Program-made: the position numbers and the translations under genes
Notes under the pieces: generated by a model
What the model was told of the DNA's origin: nothing
Seen by the model: only the letters and a program-made list of their open reading frames with translations
Databases searched by the model: none
Shown: piece after piece, positions 34,105-44,538 of the stretch
Layout of the letters: each line of letters begins with the position of its first letter
Position numbering within the stretch: position 1 is the first letter of the stretch
Assembly (NCBI GenBank): GCA_964342675.1
Contig: CAYFFR010000004.1
Coordinates: forward strand, 1 to 56,461
Direction: 5' to 3'
From: an uncultured Gammaproteobacteria bacterium
Lineage (GTDB): Bacteria > Pseudomonadota > Gammaproteobacteria > Magnimaribacterales > D2472
DNA length: 56,461 bases

Positions 34105-34542
34105 TTATTTAATTACTATGAGCGTTTGGCCAAACTCAACAGGAGCAGCATCTTCATTTGGTATGGCAACTACTTTTCCAGAATATTCCGACTTAATCTC
34201 ATTCATCATTTTCATCGCCTCTACAATACAAACAACTTGACCTTCTTGAACATTATCTCCCACTTCAACATACGGAGGTCTATCAGGAGCAGGCTTTCTA
34301 TAAAATGTACCTACAATAGGAGATGTGATTATATTGCCTTCAAGCACTTTTGATTTTTCAGTATTATCAGACTTACTAGTTTCTTGAATGTCTGAGCCCG
34401 CAGTTCCTGTTGTTACCGATATATCTTCATTAGGCAAACCTCTAGAAATCCTCACAGACTCTTCACCTTCAGTCACCTCAATTTCTCTAAGGTCTGATTC
34501 TTGAAGCATCTCGATTAAACTTTTAATTTTTCTAATATCCAT
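34105..34542 (-). CDS. accB: Biotin carboxyl carrier protein
   Basis: MDIRKIKSLIE, SPIVGTFY, EAMKMMN. Confidence 0.97.
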   Translation of the reverse strand: MDIRKIKSLIEMLQESDLREIEVTEGEESVRISRGLPNEDISVTTGTAGSDIQETSKSDNTEKSKVLEGNIITSPIVGTFYRKPAPDRPPYVEVGDNVQEGQVVCIVEAMKMMNEIKSEYSGKVVAIPNEDAAPVEFGQTLIVIK

Positions 34543-34976
34543 TATTTCTTAAGGTTTTTTACAGCATGCTCTAATGCATACTGGTATCCAGAAGCACCAA
34601 GACCACTAATCACACCAACGGCTAAATCTGAAAAGTATGATTTTTGTCTAAACTCTTCCCTATTAAAAATATTTGAAATATGTACTTCATAAAATGGTTT
34701 ATCTACGGCAAGAATTGCATCTCTAATTGAAATACTGGTATGAGTAAAAGCTCCTGGATTGATGACTAATGCATCAAAGTCATTCATAGATTCTTGGATT
34801 TTAGAAACCAGATCATGTTCAGCATTGCTTTGAAAGAAAGCAATTTCTATTTTCAAACTCTCAGCAAGCTTTAATAATCCATTGTTGATCTCCTCAAGAG
34901 TATCTGAGCCGTATGTATCTTTTTCTCTTTTGCCTAACATATTTAGATTAGGACCATTGATAATTAATATTTTCAT
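34542..34976 (-). CDS. aroQ: Type II 3-dehydroquinate dehydratase
   Basis: NGPNLNMLGKRE, INPGAFTHTS, EVHISN, REEFR. Confidence 0.97.
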   Translation of the reverse strand: MKILIINGPNLNMLGKREKDTYGSDTLEEINNGLLKLAESLKIEIAFFQSNAEHDLVSKIQESMNDFDALVINPGAFTHTSISIRDAILAVDKPFYEVHISNIFNREEFRQKSYFSDLAVGVISGLGASGYQYALEHAVKNLKK

Positions 34977-34983
34977 TTATTTA

Positions 34984-35040
34984 ATTTTATGATTATTTTA
35001 AAGATTTTAATAGATTTTAATAGATTTTAATGAATTTTAG
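34984..35040. repeat. 10-bp tandem repeat / phased T-tract array
   Basis: aagattttaa tagattttaa tagattttaa tgaattttag (35001-35040); ATTTTA starts at 34984, 34995, 35004, 35014, 35024 and 35034. Confidence 0.8.
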
Positions 35041-35476
35041 CAACATTTATTATAGTTGATGCCATGGGATAGCAGTATTTTTTCTCTGCACAACCCTGAT
35101 ATTCAACTGAAATCATATCAACATCTAATGATTTTAAGTCTTTTAACAATACTTTCAAGAAAACTTTATCTCTATAAATTCTTACTTTGCCAAAATAAAT
35201 GTCATCAATATTATCAATCTTGCCAGTTAAAAGATAATTGATTTCTTGATGATTTTGAACAATATTAAATGCTTTCTTATACAAATAATAATTTGGAGCT
35301 ATTTTCCAAGATATAATTAATTGATTTTCTTCTAAGTAATGACTTATTTGAAATGCTTCATTTAAGGGTAAGATAGAATCAGTATTAAATAGATCATTGG
35401 AAAATACTTTATTAAATCCAATTAACGATAGAAATGCTAATAAATAAGAATTAAATTTTAAATATGATAATCGCAT
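35027..35476 (-). CDS. Stand-alone DsbD N-terminal (alpha) domain protein
   Basis: Signal peptide, LPLNEAF, WKIAPNYYLY, DIYFG, YQGCAEKKYCYP; occupies the dsbD position before aroQ but has no TM or thioredoxin domain. Confidence 0.8.
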   Translation of the reverse strand: MRLSYLKFNSYLLAFLSLIGFNKVFSNDLFNTDSILPLNEAFQISHYLEENQLIISWKIAPNYYLYKKAFNIVQNHQEINYLLTGKIDNIDDIYFGKVRIYRDKVFLKVLLKDLKSLDVDMISVEYQGCAEKKYCYPMASTIINVAKIH

Positions 35477-35482
35477 ATTGAG

Positions 35483-36844
35483 ATGATAGATAAAAATTCA
35501 AAAATTTGCATTATTGGTGCTGGCAGCACAGGAATAGCTGCATGTAAGAATTTTTTCCAGGCTGGACTAGATTTTATGTGTTTTGAAGCAAGCAGTGAGA
35601 TTGGGGGTAATTGGGTGTTTAAAAACTCGAACGGAATGTCTTCAGCTTATAAATCACTCCATATCAATACTTCAAGAGAAAAGATGCAATATTATGATTT
35701 TCCTATGCCAGAACATTATCCTGACTTTCCTCATCACAGTGATATTGCAAATTATTTTAATGCCTATGTGGACCATTTTAATTTTAGAGACAAAATAGAG
35801 TTTAATAGCTTGGTAACAAATGCTAGGCTACTTAAGAATGGACAATGGGAAATTCACACTAATAATTTGAACTCCCCATTAATCTTTGATGCCTTAGTTG
35901 TGGCTAATGGTCATCATTGGGATCCAAGGATGCCTGAGCCTAGATTTAAAGGTAGTTTTGCAGGAGAAGAGATCCATTCTCATTATTATTTAAGCCCCAA
36001 GGATCCACTTAATTGCATTGATAAGAATATTGTGGTGGTTGGTGGAGGTAACTCGGCAATGGACATTGCCTGTGAATTAAGCCAAAGGAATCATGCAAGA
36101 AAAGTGTTTATATCCATGAGAACCCCTGTATGGGTAGCTCCAAAATATTTTGGATCTGCTCCTCTTGATAGCTTTCAAAGACATCCATCCGAAAAGAAGA
36201 AGTGGTATCAGCATATTCTTGAACCAATGAATGTGCTGTTGAGTAATTATATTTTAACGAAAAAGGTTATTCAGCATGTAGGTAATCCAAAGGATATAGG
36301 GTTACTGCAACCTGAATATAAATTTACTCAGGCTCACCCAACGATTTCAAGTGAAATACAAATTAGGTTAGGTTCTGGAGATTTAATAGCCAAGCCAAAT
36401 ATTAAGCGACTAAGGGATCATCACGTTGAGTTTGAGGATGGCTCTATTGAAGATATTGATATTGTTATATATGCAACTGGTTACAAGATTTCATTCCCCT
36501 TTTTAGATAAAGATATTATTGATGTTGAAAACAATGATATAGCTCTGTATAAAAGGATTTTTTTGCCTGGAGTTGATAATTTATTCTTTCTAGGCTTGGT
36601 TCAGCCTCTTGGCGCTCTTATGCCAATAGCTGATGAACAATCAAAATTATTAACACAATTATTTTTAGGTCAATATAAATTGCCCGAACAGAAAGAAATG
36701 ATTGATGATGCATTGAAGATCCATAATCAATACAAGTCTCATTATTTATCATCACCCAGACACACAATTCAGATCAATGTTCTTAAATATACTGACAATT
36801 TAAGAAGTGAGTTAAAAAGAGGCAAGAAAAGAGCTCTTTCATAA
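35483..36844 (+). CDS. Flavin-containing monooxygenase (FMO-like)
   Basis: GAGSTG, GGNW, LHINTS, FMO fingerprint FAGEEIHSHYY, GGGNSAMDIA, ATGY. Confidence 0.92.
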   Translation: MIDKNSKICIIGAGSTGIAACKNFFQAGLDFMCFEASSEIGGNWVFKNSNGMSSAYKSLHINTSREKMQYYDFPMPEHYPDFPHHSDIANYFNAYVDHFNFRDKIEFNSLVTNARLLKNGQWEIHTNNLNSPLIFDALVVANGHHWDPRMPEPRFKGSFAGEEIHSHYYLSPKDPLNCIDKNIVVVGGGNSAMDIACELSQRNHARKVFISMRTPVWVAPKYFGSAPLDSFQRHPSEKKKWYQHILEPMNVLLSNYILTKKVIQHVGNPKDIGLLQPEYKFTQAHPTISSEIQIRLGSGDLIAKPNIKRLRDHHVEFEDGSIEDIDIVIYATGYKISFPFLDKDIIDVENNDIALYKRIFLPGVDNLFFLGLVQPLGALMPIADEQSKLLTQLFLGQYKLPEQKEMIDDALKIHNQYKSHYLSSPRHTIQINVLKYTDNLRSELKRGKKRALS

Positions 36845-37863
36845 TGCTAATTAATCTTTTTCTTTCAATTTTTTTTAAAGCTCCAGCATGGCTGATAAGA
36901 ATTTTTACTCTTAAGAAGCAAATTCATCTAGATGGCCAAAGCTTAGATTATAAGTCTCAAATTTTTATAGGTTTTATAGAAAGATATCGTTATAAGCTTG
37001 GTGGCGATGAACTTGATTATGTTGCTCTAAGAGAAGGTAGAGCTAATGATAGTGTTTATCAACACTTGTCTGCTCAACCAATATCTAAAATTAATTTTAA
37101 AGATCACACAATTAACCTAACCGATAGAAATTTAACTATTAGAGAATACACGCCTGCATCTGTTCATACGAACAGACCAATATTATATTTTCATGGTGGC
37201 GGTTATGTATTAGGAGATCTTGAAACACATCATGGATGGTTAAAATACTTTTCTAGTAAGTCTGGATTCAAGATCTTTTCAGTGGAGTATCGTTTATCAC
37301 CTGAAAATCCGTTTCCATCAGCCTTAGAAGATGCTAACGAGTCATTAGATTGGTTATCAAAAAATTTTAAAATTGATGTTAAGGATATTATCTTATGTGG
37401 TGATAGTGCTGGGGCACATTTAGCTGCATCACTTAGCACTCATAGAAGTTTGAATCATCTGGAATTACCTAAATCACAATTCTTAATTTACCCTATGATC
37501 AATCCATTATGTGATTCTGATTCTCTTAAGTATTATTCAAGTGGATTTTTACTCACAGCAGAGTCAATGCAATGGTTTTGGTCATTATTTCAATCTAATG
37601 ATCAGGATATTTCTGATCCACGCTTTAACCTTAATATTGATCCAAAAGTGAAAGATTTTCCAGATACTTTAATGGTTACTGCCGGATTTGATCCATTAAG
37701 AGATGAAGGCGAGATTTACGCAAATAATTTATTACAAAATAATTTCGTGATAGAGCAGTTACATTACCCTAATATGTTTCATGCATTTGTTAATATGACT
37801 AGGATCAAAGCATGTAAGATTGCAGCTGATGACATGATTAATGAACTGAAGGAATTTATATGA
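36844..37863 (+). CDS. Alpha/beta hydrolase, HSL-family esterase/lipase
   Basis: YFHGGGY, GDSAG, FDPLRDEG, MFHAF. Confidence 0.92.
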   Translation: MLINLFLSIFFKAPAWLIRIFTLKKQIHLDGQSLDYKSQIFIGFIERYRYKLGGDELDYVALREGRANDSVYQHLSAQPISKINFKDHTINLTDRNLTIREYTPASVHTNRPILYFHGGGYVLGDLETHHGWLKYFSSKSGFKIFSVEYRLSPENPFPSALEDANESLDWLSKNFKIDVKDIILCGDSAGAHLAASLSTHRSLNHLELPKSQFLIYPMINPLCDSDSLKYYSSGFLLTAESMQWFWSLFQSNDQDISDPRFNLNIDPKVKDFPDTLMVTAGFDPLRDEGEIYANNLLQNNFVIEQLHYPNMFHAFVNMTRIKACKIAADDMINELKEFI

Positions 37864-39458
37864 CTGCCATATTAAAAGTAAAAGATTTAAGTGTTAGCTT
37901 TAATTTACGCAATGATGTTTTTGATGCAGTAAAGAACATTTCGTTTGAAGTTGATCAGAATGAGGTTATAGGTTTGGTTGGAGAATCTGGATCAGGTAAA
38001 TCAGTTACTGCCATGTCAATTATGAGACTTCTCCCTGAACCGAAAGCAGTATTTGGACCTGAATCACAAATACTGTTTAATGACCAGGATATTCTTAAAT
38101 TAAGTCAAAAAGCACTGACAAAGAAAAGAGGGAAAGATCTTACTATGGTTTTTCAAGAGCCAATGACTTCATTAAACCCATTTCATAGAGTTGGAAATCA
38201 GATTCAAGAAGCTATTATGGCTCACCAAAATCTTTCATCCATTGAAGCTAAACGACAGGCATTAAGATTTTTAGAATTAGTTGAAATACCTCACCCTACT
38301 AGACTCTATAAGTCTTATCCACATCAATTGTCGGGTGGCCAACGACAAAGAGTAATGATAGCTATTGCATTAGCTAATAAACCAAAATTACTAATAGCTG
38401 ATGAGCCAACTACGGCACTAGACGTTACCATACAAGCTCAAATACTTGATTTAATCAATAGACTCAAAGATGAAGTTGGCATGTCAGTTTTGTTTATTAC
38501 ACATGACCTAAGTTTAGTAAGAAAATTTTCTCATCGAATGGTAGTTATGAAATCAGGTGAAATAGTTGAGCAGGGTATCACTTCAGAAATTTTCCAGAAT
38601 CCGCAACATGAATATACTAAAACACTAATTAACTCTGAACCAACCAGTAATCTGAGAGCTTATGAAGCAAGAGATGCCATTATTCAGGTTAAAAATTTAT
38701 CAGTGGGATACTCTATTAAGTCTGATAAATTATTCAAAAAAAAGGTATTTAAGGCCGTTGATAATCTCAGCTTTAGTATCTACAAGAATTCAACTATTGG
38801 CTTAGTTGGTGAATCTGGTTCGGGCAAATCAACATTAGGCAAAGCCATTGCTGGATTAATTAACTATGAAGGAAGAGTGCTTTTCGAAAATAATGATATA
38901 TCCAAATTAAGCCCAAGAGATACAAAAGATATTAAGAAAGATATTCAAATCATTTTTCAAGATCCTTATGGGTCTCTATCGCCCAGAATGACCATCAGAG
39001 AAATTATTGGAGAAGGGCTAGATGTACATTACAGATTAAGTAAAAATCAAAGAAATGAGCTTATTGACCAGTCAATGCTTGATGTTGGTTTAGATCCTAA
39101 ACTACAATTTAAATATCCTCATGAGTTTTCTGGAGGTCAGAGACAACGTATTGCAATTGCTCGTTCAATTATTCTAAATCCAAAATTTATTATTTTAGAT
39201 GAGCCAACTTCAGCACTAGATCGATCCATTCAAATTCAAGTATTAGACTTACTTAAAGAGATACAACAAAAGATGAAATTAACATATTTATTTATTAGTC
39301 ACGATCTAAGAGTTATTAGGTCAATGTCAGACTATGTTTTTGTTATGCAACAAGGAAAAATCATTGAGCAGGGTAATGTAGATAAAGTTTTTAATGCCCC
39401 TTCGGAAGAGTATACTAGCGAACTTTTAGCTGCTGCATTAAGATACTCCACCGAATAG
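37860..39458 (+). CDS. Peptide/nickel ABC transporter fused double ATPase (YejF-like)
   Basis: Two GESGSGKS Walker A motifs, [18 protein letters not shown] and [17 protein letters not shown]. Confidence 0.9.
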   Translation: MTAILKVKDLSVSFNLRNDVFDAVKNISFEVDQNEVIGLVGESGSGKSVTAMSIMRLLPEPKAVFGPESQILFNDQDILKLSQKALTKKRGKDLTMVFQEPMTSLNPFHRVGNQIQEAIMAHQNLSSIEAKRQALRFLELVEIPHPTRLYKSYPHQLSGGQRQRVMIAIALANKPKLLIADEPTTALDVTIQAQILDLINRLKDEVGMSVLFITHDLSLVRKFSHRMVVMKSGEIVEQGITSEIFQNPQHEYTKTLINSEPTSNLRAYEARDAIIQVKNLSVGYSIKSDKLFKKKVFKAVDNLSFSIYKNSTIGLVGESGSGKSTLGKAIAGLINYEGRVLFENNDISKLSPRDTKDIKKDIQIIFQDPYGSLSPRMTIREIIGEGLDVHYRLSKNQRNELIDQSMLDVGLDPKLQFKYPHEFSGGQRQRIAIARSIILNPKFIILDEPTSALDRSIQIQVLDLLKEIQQKMKLTYLFISHDLRVIRSMSDYVFVMQQGKIIEQGNVDKVFNAPSEEYTSELLAAALRYSTE

Positions 39459-39468
39459 GTCACAAATA

Positions 39469-41148
39469 ATGACAAAGAGAAAATACTCAAGCAAACTGGT
39501 TGACGGTCCACTGCAGGCTGCATCGCGATCAATGCTTCGAGGCGCAGGCCTTACAAGTGAAGACTTTAAAAAACCATTGGTCGGTATAGCCTCAACTTGG
39601 TCTAAAGTTACTCCTTGTAATATTCATATTAACGATCTGGCCTCATTAGTAGAGAGCGCAGTTGATAAATATGGTTCTAAGGGTATTTTATTTAATACGA
39701 TCACTGTATCTGATGGAATATCTATGGGAACTGAAGGCATGAAGTTTTCCTTGGTATCAAGAGAAGTTATTGCCGATTCAATTGAGACAGTAGTAGGGTG
39801 TCTTGGATATGATGGAGTCATTGCTTTAGGAGGCTGTGATAAAAATATGCCAGGAGCAATTATTGGTTTAGCTAGATTAAATAGACCTTCTTTATTTATT
39901 TATGGTGGATCTATCCAACCAAGTGATGAGAATACAGATTATGTTTCTGTGAGTGAGAAAACAGGAGAATATTCCAAAGGAGATATTTCTGAGGAAGACT
40001 TGATACACATTGAGAAGATTTCTGTAAAAGGGCCAGGATCATGTGGAGGTATGTACACAGCAAATACTATGGCCTGTGCTATAGAAGCTTTAGGCATGAG
40101 TTTGCCAGGGAGTAGCAGCCAAGACGCAGTATCAGAATCTAAAAGAAATGATTGTCATTTATCTGGGAAAGCTATAGCAGACTTGATTGAGAAGGATATC
40201 TGTCCTTCAGACATTATGACCAAACCAGCTTTTGAAAATGCAATCACAACTGTTATTGCATTGGGGGGATCAACCAATGCAGTACTTCACCTGTTAGCTA
40301 TGGCAGATGCAATAGGCGTTGATTTATCTTTAGACGATTTTTCTAGAATAGGTGAGAATGTTCCTGTATTAGCTAATATCAAACCTTTTGGAGAGCACTA
40401 TATGTCTGAATTAAATGCTCAAGGCGGTGTTATGCCAGTCATGAAAACATTGCTGAATCATGGCTTACTCAATGGAGATTGCATTACAGTTACTGGTAAA
40501 ACATTATCTGAGAATCTAGAGAATATAGAGGAATATCTAGACGATCAATCGATAGTCAGATCTATTTCTAACCCAATTAAAAGCTCAAGTCATTTAAGAA
40601 TATTATACGGAAATCTAGCTCCTGACGGTGCTGTAGCAAAGATCACGGGTAACGAAGGATTAAGCTTTGAGGGTAAAGCCAGAGTGTTTAATTCAGAAGA
40701 AGAGGGCAATGAAGCTATTTTAAATCAGAAAATTAATCCCGGTGAAGTAATCGTTATTCGTTATGAGGGACCAAAAGGAGGTCCTGGTATGAGAGAAATG
40801 TTAAAACCCACTTCAGCAATTATGGGACAGGGTCTTGGCAGCAAGGTTGCTTTTATTACTGATGGAAGATTCTCGGGAGGCACCCATGGTTTTGTAGTTG
40901 GACACATTTCACCTGAGGCTGAAGTAGGTGGTCCTATAGCGTTTATAGAAGATGGAGATGGAATCATCATAGATGCTGAAAATAATTCTATTTCACTACT
41001 GATAGATGATACAGTCTTGGCCAAACGTAAGAAACAATTGAAAAATCCAAATTTAACCCCACAAAAGGGTGTACTGGCAAAATATAAAAAGCTTGTTGGT
41101 AGCGCATCTCGAGGTGCTATTACTGATTCAATTAAAAGTTATGATTAA
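39469..41148 (+). CDS. ilvD: Dihydroxy-acid dehydratase
   Basis: [52 protein letters not shown]. Confidence 0.95.
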   Translation: MTKRKYSSKLVDGPLQAASRSMLRGAGLTSEDFKKPLVGIASTWSKVTPCNIHINDLASLVESAVDKYGSKGILFNTITVSDGISMGTEGMKFSLVSREVIADSIETVVGCLGYDGVIALGGCDKNMPGAIIGLARLNRPSLFIYGGSIQPSDENTDYVSVSEKTGEYSKGDISEEDLIHIEKISVKGPGSCGGMYTANTMACAIEALGMSLPGSSSQDAVSESKRNDCHLSGKAIADLIEKDICPSDIMTKPAFENAITTVIALGGSTNAVLHLLAMADAIGVDLSLDDFSRIGENVPVLANIKPFGEHYMSELNAQGGVMPVMKTLLNHGLLNGDCITVTGKTLSENLENIEEYLDDQSIVRSISNPIKSSSHLRILYGNLAPDGAVAKITGNEGLSFEGKARVFNSEEEGNEAILNQKINPGEVIVIRYEGPKGGPGMREMLKPTSAIMGQGLGSKVAFITDGRFSGGTHGFVVGHISPEAEVGGPIAFIEDGDGIIIDAENNSISLLIDDTVLAKRKKQLKNPNLTPQKGVLAKYKKLVGSASRGAITDSIKSYD

Positions 41149-42133
41149 AAGAGAATTTCCCTCTACTAGAATGAGACGACTTCGGCAATCAGAGGTAGTT
41201 CGAAATTTAGTCAGCGAAAATCATTTAAATACAAACGATTTAATACAACCATTATTTTTTACAAATACTCCAGAGCAATCTGAAGCTATAGATTCTATGC
41301 CAGGAATTTTCAGGCACAACCTTGATGGCATCAAAAGAGAGTTAGAGGATTTAGTAACAGCTGGCATCAAATCAGTAGCAATATTTCCAGTTATTGATAG
41401 CGACCAAAAGGATGAAGTCGGAACCTATGCTATTAATGAAAATAACTTTTTTTATGCAGGTATAAAGGAGATAGCATCCTCTTTTCCAGACCTTGTCTTG
41501 ATAACTGATGTTGCTTTAGATCCATATACTAGTCATGGACATGATGGCATAGTAATTGACGACAAAATAGCAAATGATAAAACTATTGAAGTGCTCACCC
41601 ATCAATCTTTGCTACTTGCAGATGCTGGCTCAACAATTATAGCCCCATCAGATATGATGGATGGTCGAATTGGAGTGATCAGATCTTACTTAGATAACCA
41701 TGGTCATGAAGATATTGTCATTCTGTCTTACGCAGCAAAATATGCATCTTACTTTTATGGGCCCTTTAGAGATGCTGTTGGATCATCTACTAATCTTGGG
41801 AAGACTAATAAAAAGACTTACCAGATGAATTATGCAAATATTGATGAAGCGATTCAAGAAACAGCATTAGATATTCAAGAGGGCGCTGACATTGTTATGG
41901 TTAAACCAGGGCTAGCCTACCTTGATGTATTAAAAACGATTAAAGAGCACTTTAGAATTCCTACCTTTGCTTATCAAGTGAGCGGAGAATATTCCATGTT
42001 AGTGAATGCTATTAATAAGGGATGGTTAGATAAGAATGTTATGTTAGAATCTTTAATATGCTTCAAGCGTGCTGGTGCTGATGCAATTCTAACTTATGCT
42101 GCTAAATCTATTGCATTGGAGATGAATAAATGA
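41141..42133 (+). CDS. hemB: Porphobilinogen synthase (Asp-rich, Zn-independent type)
   Basis: [47 protein letters not shown]; start moved to ATG 41141. Confidence 0.96.
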   Translation: MIKREFPSTRMRRLRQSEVVRNLVSENHLNTNDLIQPLFFTNTPEQSEAIDSMPGIFRHNLDGIKRELEDLVTAGIKSVAIFPVIDSDQKDEVGTYAINENNFFYAGIKEIASSFPDLVLITDVALDPYTSHGHDGIVIDDKIANDKTIEVLTHQSLLLADAGSTIIAPSDMMDGRIGVIRSYLDNHGHEDIVILSYAAKYASYFYGPFRDAVGSSTNLGKTNKKTYQMNYANIDEAIQETALDIQEGADIVMVKPGLAYLDVLKTIKEHFRIPTFAYQVSGEYSMLVNAINKGWLDKNVMLESLICFKRAGADAILTYAAKSIALEMNK

Positions 42134-42456
42134 GTGAAAATATTAAAGATATTTCAGAAAGTAATTTTGAAACAGAAGTTATTAAAAGCGATCAACCTGT
42201 TTTGGTAGATTTTTGGGCTGAATGGTGCGGACCCTGCAAACAAATTGCACCTATACTTGAAGAAATAGCTAATGAACAAAGTGAGACTATTAAGGTCTGC
42301 AAAGTAGATGTAGACGCCAATAGAGAGCTAGCTTCTAAATATGGAATAAGATCAATTCCAACATTATTAGTGTTTAATGCAGGTGAGGTTAGTGGCTCAC
42401 AAACCGGGTCTGTTAGCAAACAACAACTAATTGAATTTATTCATTCCAAAACATAA
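42130..42456 (+). CDS. trxA: Thioredoxin
   Basis: DFWAEWCGPCK; directly upstream of rho. Confidence 0.97.
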   Translation: MSENIKDISESNFETEVIKSDQPVLVDFWAEWCGPCKQIAPILEEIANEQSETIKVCKVDVDANRELASKYGIRSIPTLLVFNAGEVSGSQTGSVSKQQLIEFIHSKT

Positions 42457-42459
42457 TTT

Positions 42460-42488
42460 TTGCAACTTTTTAAAAAAGAGCTTATTAT
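42460..42488 (+). promoter_or_regulatory. Candidate sigma70 promoter of rho
   Basis: TTGCAA (42460-42465), 17-bp spacer, TATTAT (42483-42488). Confidence 0.5.
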
Positions 42489-42555
42489 TTAGATATCTAG
42501 GTTGTATATAACCACGCTCAGAGAATATTTTTTTCTTCCCATAGGATAATTTTTA

Positions 42556-43827
42556 ATGAATTTAGCAGAAATAAAAACTAAACCGATTAATGAACTTGTT
42601 GAGATTGCTACATCTTTAGGGATAGAGGATGTAGGTCGTTTAAAGAAACAAGATATTATTTTTAGAATCTTCAAACAACAGGCAGTTGATGGCATAGATA
42701 TATTGGGCGGAGGTGTTTTAGAGATATTGAATGATGGGTTCGGTTTTTTGAGATCTCCAGAAGGATCTTACTGTGCAGGTCCTGATGATATTTATGTATC
42801 TCCAAGCCAAGTAAGAAAATTTAACTTACGTAAAGGCGATGAAATTCATGGGAAGATTAGACCACCAAAAGATCAGGAGAGATATTTTGCATTGGTCCAA
42901 ATTGAGACAATTAATGGAGAAGGACCTGATAAAACTAAAAAGAAGATCTTATTTGAGAATCTGACTCCATTGTTCCCAAATGATAGATTGGTTCTAGAAC
43001 AAGGTACTGGTTCCAACGAAGATCTTTCTTCCAGGATAATTGACTTAACTGCTCCAATTGGTAAGGGTCAGCGAGGCCTTATAGTTTCTCCTCCAAAAGC
43101 TGGTAAAACACTTATGCTCCAAAGCATCGCACACTCAATTACTAAAAATAATGATGAAGTTGAGCTAATAGTCTTATTAATTGATGAGAGGCCTGAAGAG
43201 GTAACTGATATGAGCAGAACAGTTAGGGGAGAAGTTGTAGCAAGCACATTTGATGAGCCTCCATCTAGACATGTTCAGGTTGCAGATATGGTGATCGAGA
43301 AAGCTAAACGCCTTGTTGAACATAAGAAAGATGTAGTTATTCTTCTTGATTCTATTACCAGGTTAGGTCGTGCATACAATGCAGTCGCACCGGCTTCAGG
43401 AAAAATACTTTCTGGAGGAGTGGATTCCAATGCATTAGAGCGCCCCAAAAGGTTTTTTGGAGCAGCTAGGAATCTTGAAGAAGGAGGCAGCCTAACAATT
43501 ATTGCAACTGCGCTTGTAGAAACGGGGTCCAAGATGGATGATGTTATTTATGAAGAATTTAAAGGAACAGGTAATATGGAGATCCATCTAGAAAGAAAAA
43601 TTGCAGAAAAAAGAATTTATCCTGCTATCAATATTAGAAGATCAGGAACCAGAAGAGAAGATCTCTTAACTTCAGAAGAAGAATTGCAAAGAATGTTTAT
43701 TCTAAGAAAAATTCTAGATGAGATGGAAGATGCACAAGCAATAGAATTCCTCATTGAAAGACTCAAATCTTCTAAGACAAACGAAGAGTTTTTTGCTGCT
43801 ATGAAAACAGGCAACGGTAAAAAATAA
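42556..43827 (+). CDS. rho: Transcription termination factor Rho
   Basis: [48 protein letters not shown]. Confidence 0.98.
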   Translation: MNLAEIKTKPINELVEIATSLGIEDVGRLKKQDIIFRIFKQQAVDGIDILGGGVLEILNDGFGFLRSPEGSYCAGPDDIYVSPSQVRKFNLRKGDEIHGKIRPPKDQERYFALVQIETINGEGPDKTKKKILFENLTPLFPNDRLVLEQGTGSNEDLSSRIIDLTAPIGKGQRGLIVSPPKAGKTLMLQSIAHSITKNNDEVELIVLLIDERPEEVTDMSRTVRGEVVASTFDEPPSRHVQVADMVIEKAKRLVEHKKDVVILLDSITRLGRAYNAVAPASGKILSGGVDSNALERPKRFFGAARNLEEGGSLTIIATALVETGSKMDDVIYEEFKGTGNMEIHLERKIAEKRIYPAINIRRSGTRREDLLTSEEELQRMFILRKILDEMEDAQAIEFLIERLKSSKTNEEFFAAMKTGNGKK

Positions 43828-43830
43828 TTT

Positions 43831-44538
43831 TTAATTCTTGATACACGCTTGTAGCATATCGCTATCTAATGCGCTTTTTGCAGTTGTGATACTGTTGCAT
43901 GCATTCTTTTTAAGATGATGCATGATCCGATCAGAGGGAACCACCCAATTTAATTGATTAAGCATGGTTGGATCAATTCTGCTAGCGATTGCATTGAAGA
44001 TATTCTTGCTATAGATAAGAATCGTATCACCTATTTTAACTGTCTTTAATAATTTTGTTATTGCTCTTAGATTGACTCGTGCAGTATGTGAAAAAACATA
44101 CTCCACTCTTAAATTGACCATTTCCTTAAGTAGCTCCTCAGAAGATGAACTGCTAATAATTAGAATCAAGCTATATTCAAAATTCTCTAAAAGCTTTTTC
44201 AGCCCCTCTGAATTATATTGTTCAGGTGTCAAGGATTGAATTTTTTTCTCTTTCAAGGCTTCAGCAGTCCTTGGACCTATTGATATAAATTCTCCATTAA
44301 AGCTTTCAAGGCTCCCATATCGATTGATCATATCTATTCCATATTGGACAGAGCTCATGCTGGTAAACACTATTGCATCAACTTTATATATATCTTTAAT
44401 GATGGATTGTCTTTCTCTTGTGAGTTCTTCAATAGGCTCGATAGTAGATAAGGGAATATGCATAAAATTGATCCCTTGATCTTCTAGTTCTAGATTGATG
44501 CGATTAGCTAGATCTATCGGTCTTGTATTAATAATCAT
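43831..44538 (-). CDS. hemD: Uroporphyrinogen-III synthase
   Basis: IINTRP, IVFTS, SIGPRTAEAL, NSEGL; overlaps the hemC stop. Confidence 0.85.
   Translation of the reverse strand: MIINTRPIDLANRINLELEDQGINFMHIPLSTIEPIEELTRERQSIIKDIYKVDAIVFTSMSSVQYGIDMINRYGSLESFNGEFISIGPRTAEALKEKKIQSLTPEQYNSEGLKKLLENFEYSLILIISSSSSEELLKEMVNLRVEYVFSHTARVNLRAITKLLKTVKIGDTILIYSKNIFNAIASRIDPTMLNQLNWVVPSDRIMHHLKKNACNSITTAKSALDSDMLQACIKN

Noticed and set aside
35001-35040. Repeat considered as a CRISPR array or iterons
   Set aside because: 10-bp head-to-tail units with no spacers, and no cas or rep gene nearby.
42466-42513. Short inverted repeats before rho (CTTTTT-A-AAAAAG; GGTTG-TATA-TAACC)
   Set aside because: Too short and weak to call a terminator or operator in AT-rich DNA.
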